A program made the position numbers and the translations under genes. The notes beneath the pieces are model-generated. The model saw nothing but the letters and a program-made list of their open reading frames with translations, was not told where the DNA came from and made no database searches. DNA of 6,327 bases, from NCBI RefSeq assembly GCF_006345805.1, contig NW_021829383.1, forward strand, positions 1 through 6,327. The letters run 5' to 3'. Of the stretch, positions 1 through 5,687 are shown piece by piece. This stretch comes from Octopus sinensis (taxonomy: Eukaryota). The number at the start of each line of letters is the position of its first letter. Within the stretch, counting starts at the first letter, position 1.

Positions 1-40
1 TGTTAGTAAACTACCAATATTGTTTTGAATATTTTTGACA

Positions 41-100
41 AGAGAGAGGTGGAGAGAGAGAAAGAGAGTGAGAAAGAAAGAGAGAGAGAAAGAGAGAGAG
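41..100. repeat. Imperfect (GA)n microsatellite, left flank of the Tx1-like insertion
   Basis: agagagaggtggagagagagaaagagagtgagaaagaaagagagagagaaagagagagag, read directly. Confidence 0.95.
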
Positions 101-1197
101 TATTTCTTTATTCACCATAAGGTTGAGAAAAAGAGGGGATAATGCGAGGGGGGGGGCAGAAAGGAAGTATGAATAAACAAACAATTAAAATATATACAAT
201 TAAATGAGAATGAGTGATTTACAAAAAATGAAGTGGAGAACGCAGTTGACCCCACAAACCACATACTCACACTGAAGACTTTGCTTTCTTCTTTTTTACA
301 TTCCCGATTAAACAGGTTCTTTCACTCACATCATACTTGCTATATACTTCCATCTTTTACGAAACACACTTTGCGACAGGCATTTCTTCTCCAGCCTTAT
401 TTTCCGTTTCATGTGGAAAACGAAAAAGTCAATTAGCTCGAGACTGGAGATGAACATGCCTGTTGCAATTCCTTTCACTCTCGTCTTTCATACTACTTCT
501 TTCGCCATAGCAGCTACCGAGAGAAAACAGGCTCGCTCCTCCCTATTCAGGGAGGTCGGTGGACTATCTTAATTACAGATTCGCTTGACAGTTGTACTCT
601 TCTTGAATGCGACAGTAGGTGTTCGACATAAGCCCAGAGTTCAGTCAGCTTGGGGCATTGCACAATCACGTGCAGGACAGTTTCACTGTCCCTCTCACAT
701 CTTGCACAAACCGGCGAAGGTGCACACCCATGTCTAAAGAGCTTATCTCGAACCGGTAAAGCTCCTCTGTAACATTGCCAGGCCAGGGACTATTGGTCAT
801 TATCCATAGGCCCCGGACCGAATGTTCTTTGGAACAGGCTGGCCAGTTGATTTTCGTCGAAGCCCAGGGTTTCTCCCAGTACGTCGTCACACTTAAACTC
901 TACTAACACTCTACAGAAGAACGAGGTAGCACCCCCGCCACCGGCGTTGCTCGACTGGGAGAGAAGCACGAGTGCTTGATGGCACTCTACATGCCACATG
1001 CCCAACCTTGGTCTACACTTGATCCATGGGTTCAGTTTGGTAAACGAGGTGAACTGTGGAAATAACAGCTTGACGAACGGAGACCACACCTGCTCACCGT
1101 CCAGGTAAAGCCAGAGGTGCCTAAGCCTGAGTGCATGTCTGCGCATTTTTAGCCACGGCATCCCTAACCAACCCTTCAGTGGCTTTTGGCAGCAAAT
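101..1197 (-). mobile_element. 5'-truncated Tx1/L1-clade non-LTR retrotransposon (3' ~1.1 kb: ORF2 C-terminus plus 3' UTR)
   Basis: The minus-strand translation starts CCQKPLKGWLGMPWL (post-RT P-x-x-x-GGLG motif, one G>W change) and includes LAWQCYRGALPVRDKL and a C-x2-C-x8-H-x4-C knuckle (CARCERDSETVLHVIVQC, 708-655). An AT-rich 3' UTR follows, with AATAAA at 112-107 and then (TC)n. GC content is higher than in the flanks. Confidence 0.88.
308..1197 (-). pseudogene. Disrupted ORF2 C-terminal region (zf-RVT-like zinc knuckle) of the LINE
   Basis: The supplied ORF 790..1161 continues in frame past a TAG at 792-790 (SLAWQCYRGALPVRDKLFRHGCAPSPVCARC...). There is a 1-nt frameshift near 560, then PTSLNREERACFLSVAAMAKEVV*KTRVKG (TGA at 490-488 where W is expected) and ...HMKRKIRLEKKCLSQSVFRKRWKY. 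Further stops at 328-326 and 310-308, so the true C-terminus is approximate. Confidence 0.85.
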
Positions 1198-1226
1198 AGA
1201 GAGAGAGAGAGAGTGAGAAAGAGAGA
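1198..1226. repeat. (GA)n microsatellite, right flank of the Tx1-like insertion
   Basis: agagagagagagagagtgagaaagagaga; shares the interrupted 15-mer AGAGAGTGAGAAAGA (1208-1222) with the left tract (63-77). Confidence 0.9.
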
Positions 1227-1552
1227 CAGGAAGCTGATTTTAACATAGTTGCTGAAGTAGATTTATTTTCAAGAGTTCTATCTAATTTACTAACATTGTT
1301 GGTTGGTTTTAGTCCAATCTATCATACACAATCAAAGATTTCCTTACATTATTCCATAGATTCTGTTCTTCCTCTTTTGGAGGTAAAATGTTACATATGA
1401 ACTAGATATATTTGCTATTTTTGGAAGGTCAAGTAACTACAAAGAAGCTACATGTGATTCAAATACTAACAATTAACAACAATTCATGAGAAATTCAGTA
1501 TTTAACAGTAAGACCTCCTGCAGAAAATACACTCCTATTTTCTCCAAGTTGA

Positions 1553-2104
1553 TAAGAATTATTTTTAACATATACACAAAGTAACACGTTTTAGAGGAGG
1601 GTACACTTGCTTATAAAAATCCTAGTACATGACTGGTACTCAGGGCTGGATTTATAGCTAGTGGAACCCTTGGTCCAATTGGATTTTGGGATCTCTATGA
1701 TTCTGCTAATTTAAAACAGAAGACAAACTGGGTTCCTATTAAATCTAGAGTTTCAAAAAGTCGCAAAACTTTAACTCAAGTTAAATTTAATGGCTTTTTA
1801 AATCTAAAAGGGCACAATAAAAAGAGGGCTCAATAATTATAAAAGAACTCTACTGAATTAAAAAAAATTTTTAACAAGTAAAAAAAGCAAAAATTTACAA
1901 ATTATTTATTTGATGGCAGTAAATATACTTTCTCATTTTTAACTCCAGCCTTTAAGCTTCCCAGAGTTAAAGGGTCCCCAAGCTTGGGGCCCCTGTGCCA
2001 CATCCCGTATAGGCCCGTACATCTGGCCTGGCTGGTACATTATTGTATTAATCTCTGAGAAATGAAAGGCAAAGATCTGTGTGATGTGTACTAAGAATGT
2101 CAAG
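1553..2104 (-). mobile_element. Old SINE copy (S0) interrupted by a MITE
   Basis: The left part ttttagaggaggg...cctagtacatgactggtact resembles ccccagtacttgactggtact of copy S9. The right part ctggtacattattgtattaatctctgagaaatgaaaggcaaag...tactaagaatgtcaag continues the same SINE body (ggatgaaaggcaaag...aactcagaatgtaaag). Outer boundaries are approximate. Confidence 0.6.
1641..2031. mobile_element. Non-autonomous DNA transposon (MITE), hAT-like
   Basis: The left end CAGGGCTGGATTTA (1641-1654) and right end TACATCTGGCCTG(G) (2018-2031) are imperfect inverted repeats, both derivable from CAGGGCCGGATTTA partly by CpG decay. Flanking direct repeat CTGGTACT (1633-1640) / CTGGTACA (2032-2039), 7/8 match; 8-bp TSDs are characteristic of hAT. 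AT-rich interior with no supplied ORF; subterminal GGGCCC motifs. Confidence 0.65.
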
Positions 2105-2126
2105 TGACATGACTAAATATTATAAC

Positions 2127-2347
2127 TAATATTGATTTCTTACTCAGACCAAATACTGCACATTTTGAGGGGAGGGGTTAGTTGATTATATCAACCACAA
2201 TACTTGCCTGGTAATTTATTTTATCAACCCTTGAGGAATGAAAGTTAATGATCACCTCGACAGGATTTAAATTCAGAATGTGAAAAGTTAGAAAAACCCC
2301 CAAGACATTTTTACCAACATTTCAGTGATTCTGACAATCAATCGCCA
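2127..2347 (-). mobile_element. SINE copy S1 (highly diverged)
   Basis: ttttgaggggagggg...gattatatcaacc...ttttatcaaccc...ggaatgaaag...gattctgac...tcgcca is collinear with the better-preserved copies. Confidence 0.65.
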
Positions 2348-2571
2348 AATAATAATGATCCTTTCTACTAAAGGAACAAGGCTTGAAATTTTTGGGGAAG
2401 GGACCAGATATTTACATCAACCACAGTGTTACTTAATTTATCAACCCCAAAAGGATGAAAGGCAAAGTCGACCTTGGTGGAATTTGAACTCAGAGCTCAG
2501 AATGTAAGGACAAGCAAAATGTCACTAAGCATTTTGCCTGGTGTGCTAACAATTCTGCCAGCTTGCCACCA
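2348..2571 (-). mobile_element. tRNA-derived SINE copy S2 (type A 3' end)
   Basis: On the minus strand: A-box-like TGGCAGAATT (2560-2551), B-box-like GAGTTCAAATTCC (2491-2479), central block GTCGACTTTGCCTTTCATCCTTTTGGGGTTGATAAATTAAGTA, 3' end ...TAGTAGAAAGGATC(ATT)n. Confidence 0.88.
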
Positions 2572-2577
2572 TGATAT

Positions 2578-2797
2578 AATAATAATAATCCTTTCAACTA
2601 AGGCCTGAAATTTGGGGGAGGGGGATAGTCGATTACATCAACCCAATACGCAACAGGTACTTAATTTATTGACTCCGAACAGATGAAAGATTAAGATGAC
2701 CTTCATGGAATTTGGACTCAGAAAGTACAGATGGATGAAATGCTGGCCGCTAAGCATTTTGCCTGGCATGCTAATGATTCTGCCAGCTTGCCGCCTT
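2578..2797 (-). mobile_element. tRNA-derived SINE copy S3 (type A 3' end)
   Basis: Minus-strand head AAGGCGGCAAGCTGGCAGAATCATTAGCATGCCAGGC; body collinear with S2; (AAT)4 tail at 2578-2589. Confidence 0.88.
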
Positions 2798-2809
2798 GAT
2801 ATATTTATT

Positions 2810-3025
2810 AATAATAATAATGGCTTCAAATTTTGGCAGAGGGCTAGCAGTTTTTGAGGGGAGGGGGATGTTGATTACATCGATCCTACATCGATTACAT
2901 CGATCATTTTATCAACACTGAATGAATGAAAGGCAAAGTTGACCTTGGTGGGATTTGAATTCATGGGTAAACTGCTGCTAATTATTTTGCCTGGTGTGCT
3001 AACTATTCTGTCAGCTTGTCACCTT
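2810..3025 (-). mobile_element. tRNA-derived SINE copy S4 (type B 3' end, internal deletion and micro-duplication)
   Basis: (AAT)4 + ggcttcaaattttggcag... ; gaatgaaaggcaaagttgaccttggtgggatttgaattc; head ...attctgtcagcttgtcacctt. Confidence 0.85.
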
Positions 3026-3195
3026 AATTTAGGCACAGGGCCAGAAATTTGAGGGGATGGGAAAATCAACACCATCAACTTCAGAACTTGTTTATTTTAT
3101 TACAATAGGCAAAATTGTCCAGTGCTCAGTGACTTAACTGAGTACAGCAAGGTATTTTGCCCTACACTATAATGATTCAGTCAATACACTTCCTT
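3026..3195 (-). mobile_element. SINE copy S5 (strongly degraded)
   Basis: Begins aggcacagggccagaaatttgagggg, contains aggcaaaattg and tattttgccc...aatgattcagtc, and ends cctt like the other copies; the middle is poorly conserved. Confidence 0.5.
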
Positions 3196-3196
3196 C

Positions 3197-3392
3197 AATA
3201 ATAATTATAATAATCATTTCAGGCACAAGACAAGAAACTTTTTACGAGACAGGGTTAGTCCATTATATTGACCCCAGTGCTTGACTGGTATGTATTTTAT
3301 CAACCTTGAAAGCATGAAAGGTGAAGTTGACCTCAAAGTGTAAAGACAGAAGAAATACTGTTAAAAACATTTTCTCCAGCATGCTAATAATC
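3197..3392 (-). mobile_element. SINE copy S6 (head truncated at a compound microsatellite)
   Basis: AAT-rich tail, aggcacaag, gaccccagtgcttgactggta, gcatgaaaggtgaagttgacctc, gtaaagacag, cattttctccagcatgctaataat. Confidence 0.8.
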
Positions 3393-3449
3393 CTTCTTCT
3401 TCTTCTTCTACTACTACTACTACTACTACTAGTAATAGTAGTAGTAGTA
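3393..3449. repeat. Compound microsatellite (CTT)5(CTA)8 followed by an inverted (TAG)-type tract
   Basis: cttcttcttcttctt, then (cta)8, then gtaatagtagtagtagta, read directly. Confidence 0.95.
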
Positions 3450-3499
3450 TTTTAAAAGAATTGATATAACTCTTCATGAAGATGCTCTTCGTATTGTCT

Positions 3500-3709
3500 A
3501 ATAATAATAATAATAATGGTTTCAAACTTTGGCACAAAGCCAGCAATTTTTTTGGGGGTGTGCATGTTGATTACATCAACCCAAATGCTTAACTGGAACT
3601 TATTTTAACTGACCCTAAAAATATTGAAGTCAAGCTCAGTGGAATTTGAAGCCAGAATGTAAAGACAGGTAAAATACTGCTAAGCATTTTGTTCAATGTG
3701 CTAAGAATT
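3500..3709 (-). mobile_element. SINE copy S7 (type B 3' end, head truncated)
   Basis: (AAT)6 ggtttcaaactttggcacaaagccagcaatttt...gattacatcaaccc...ggaatttgaagccagaatgtaaagacag...ctaagcattttg. Confidence 0.82.
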
Positions 3710-3950
3710 ATGATGATGATTGATGATGATGATGATGGTTTCAAAATTTGGCACAAGGCCAACTGTAGTGCATAACTGGTACTTGTTTATTGATCAAGAA
3801 AGGGCTCAACTGGTACTTATTTTTATTGACCCCAAAAGGACGAAAGGCAAAGTTGACCTCAGCAGAATTTGAATTCAAAAGGTAAAGACAGATGAAATGC
3901 TGCTAAGCATTTTGCCAGGCACACTAATGATTCTGCCTGCCCACCACCTT
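3710..3950 (-). mobile_element. SINE copy S8 (type B 3' end, (GAT)n tail, internal ~30-bp duplication)
   Basis: (GAT)n at 3710-3736, ggtttcaaaatttggcacaaggcc, aactggtactt block twice (3774, 3808), gacgaaaggcaaagttgacctc, head gattctgcctgcccaccacctt. Confidence 0.85.
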
Positions 3951-4188
3951 AATAATAATTATAATCCTTTCTACTATAGGCACAAGGCCTGGATCTTTGT
4001 GAGGAACGGGACAATCAATCACATCGACCCCAGTACTTGACTGGTACTTAATTTATCAATCCTAAAAGGATGAAAGGTTAAGTCGACCTTGGTGAAATTT
4101 GAACTCAGAACATAGTGACAGATGAAATACCACTAAGCATTTCACCCAGTGTACTAACAATTTTGCAATTCTGTCAGCTCACTGCCTT
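3951..4188 (-). mobile_element. tRNA-derived SINE copy S9 (type A 3' end)
   Basis: aataatcctttctactataggcacaaggcct...acatcgaccccagtacttgactggtacttaatttatc...B-box-like aaatttgaactc (4095-4106)...ttctgtcagctcactgcctt. Confidence 0.88.
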
Positions 4189-4206
4189 ATAATAATAATA
4201 ATAATA

Positions 4207-4754
4207 ATGATGCAGTACCAGGCAGTGGCTCTCATGGCTTCTAATCTTAACTGATTGGAAGTGTTATCATGTACATTGTTTTGTCTTGGTATAAAAAATG
4301 GGCTACAGCAAATTTTCTGCTCAATACCACAGATTTGCTTGTCAGTTGTTTGACCGTAACAAGTTGAGCATGTCCCTTAGTGGCTGACGATATGTGCATC
4401 TCTGATCACGAGCAGAGTAGTAGGGGAGCATCATAGCCATGTGTTGAGAGGGATTCTTTGGGGTTTGAATAATTCACCTCTGGAAACATGGGTGGTTCTT
4501 TCAACATCCTTAAACAACCTTATTCAGGGACCTTTTGAGCGGGATTGGCTACTCAACTGAAGAAAATTCTAACTGGGCCCCACCTGCAAGGTCATGTGCT
4601 GTTTATCTTGATATGAGATCACCATGTCGCGCACATATGGTTGTGATGCATGTGCCTGGTGTACCCTTATCAGACGGGTAGTCATGATGGGTAAATTGGG
4701 CTTCATATATTTTACCCCAGTGTCACTTTGATGGCATGCACTGCTCTCTCACTC
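4207..4754 (+). mobile_element. Unclassified ~550-bp repeat, copy 1, flanked by (AAT)n on both sides
   Basis: About 90% identical (hand alignment) to 4801-5296; preceded by AAT repeats (4189-4208) and followed by (AAT)10 (4755-4784). The + orientation is inferred only from left-end truncation of copy 2. Confidence 0.75.
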
Positions 4755-4784
<30 letters not shown>

Positions 4785-4785
<1 letters not shown>

Positions 4786-5296
4786 TACATTGTTTTGTAA
4801 TGTTATCATGTACATTGTTTAGTTTTGGTATAAAAGATGGGCTACAGCAAATATTCTGCTCAATACCACAGATTTGCTTGTCAGTTTTTTGACCTTAACC
4901 AATTGAGCATGTCCCTTAGTGACTGATGATATGTGCATCTCTGATCACGAGCAGAAGTAGTGGGGGAGCATCATAGCCGTGTGTTGAAAGGAATTCTTAG
5001 AGGTTTGGATAATTCACCTTTGGAAACATGGGTGGTTTGTTCAACACCCTTAAACAATCCTTATTCAGGGACCTTTTGAGTGGGATGGGCTATTCGACCA
5101 GAAGAAAATTCTAACGGGGCCCCACCTGCAAGGCCATGCACTGTTTATCTTGATATGAGATCACCATGTTGTGCACATATGGTTATAATGTACGTGCCTA
5201 GTGTACCCTTATCAGATAGGTAGTCATGATGGGTATACTGGGCTTTGTATATTTTACCCCAGTGTCACTTTGATGGCATGCACTGCTCTCTCACTC
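4785..5296 (+). mobile_element. Unclassified AAT-flanked repeat, copy 2 (left-truncated)
   Basis: Lacks the first ~55 bp of copy 1; same right terminus ...gcactgctctctcactc followed by (AAT)7 (5297-5317). Confidence 0.75.
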
Positions 5297-5319
5297 AATA
5301 ATAATAATAATAATAATAC

Positions 5320-5434
5320 CTGCTTGATCAGTAACTCCTGAACCTGTCGACTCATCATTTCCAGAACTTTCTTCTTCTTCTTCTTCTTCTTCATCATTGT
5401 CAGAATCTCCACTTCCATCGGATGAAATGTCATG
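5320..5434 (-). CDS. Internal coding exon of an unidentified host gene, acidic low-complexity peptide HDISSDGSGDSDNDEEEEEEEESSGNDESTGSGVTDQA
   Basis: Acceptor aagctttctatttcAG| (AG at 5436-5435) and donor CAG|GTatta (GT at 5319-5318). 115 bp: phase 0 in, phase 1 out in the acidic frame. Balanced GC relative to the flanks. The rest of the supplied ORF 5291..5515 is microsatellite or intronic read-through. Confidence 0.75.
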
Positions 5435-5472
5435 CTGAAATAGAAAGCTTACATTGCTTAAATTTATGCATG

Positions 5473-5477
<5 letters not shown>

Positions 5478-5512
<35 letters not shown>
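5478..5512. repeat. (AT)n microsatellite
   Basis: Pure atat... run. Confidence 0.97.
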
Positions 5513-5519
<7 letters not shown>

Positions 5520-5650
5520 GTATGTGTGAATGTTAATGCTATTAACTTAAAGCACTTTTAAGATAAACAACAGAGCATTTACTCTTGATGCGAGAAATCA
5601 ACAAGCAAATCTTGAAATCCCCACTTAATATGGTCTTCATTAAGTGTATA

Positions 5651-5654
<4 letters not shown>

Positions 5655-5682
<28 letters not shown>
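5655..5682. repeat. (TG)14 microsatellite
   Basis: Pure tgtg... run ending at the TA next to the mariner terminus. Confidence 0.97.

Positions 5683-5684
<2 letters not shown>

Positions 5685-5687
<3 letters not shown>

Noticed and set aside
233-436. Supplied + strand 67-aa ORF
   Set aside because: Antisense shadow of the LINE ORF2 end and 3' UTR; GTG start and no recognisable motif.
666-890. Supplied minus-strand 74-aa ORF
   Set aside because: Alternate frame overlapping the true LINE frame that carries the zinc knuckle.
1348-1436. Possible second minus-strand exon (cttctttgtAG acceptor, GTAAGG donor, 89 bp)
   Set aside because: Entering in phase 1, as required by the acidic exon, gives an immediate TGA. 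It is open only in phase 0 and has no recognisable peptide. RNA-seq could overturn this.
1490-1535. Acceptor-like gtattttctgcAG on the minus strand near 1519
   Set aside because: All three frames stop within 15 codons and there is no convincing donor; such motifs are common by chance in AT-rich introns.
2325-3546. Supplied ORFs 2325..2507, 2638..2829 and 3361..3546
   Set aside because: They lie in SINE copies and trinucleotide repeats; the poly-L/V/E runs are microsatellite translation.
2127-4188. CRISPR-like or satellite interpretation of the repeat array; tRNA gene calls for the heads
   Set aside because: Units are ~170-240 bp, diverged, and lack unique spacers. The heads have A/B-box-like motifs, but I could not see a complete cloverleaf and they are fused to SINE bodies.
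4384-4390. Hammerhead-like CTGACGA (CTGATGA at 4923-4929 in copy 2)
   Set aside because: No stem II followed by GAAA at a suitable distance in either copy. A minus-strand CTGATAAG/GAAG candidate near 4660-4700 breaks two core positions. An Infernal ribozyme scan would settle it.
5622-5646. Hairpin CACTTAAT-9 nt-ATTAAGTG
   Set aside because: An 8-bp AT-rich stem is expected by chance in 6 kb and has no supporting context.
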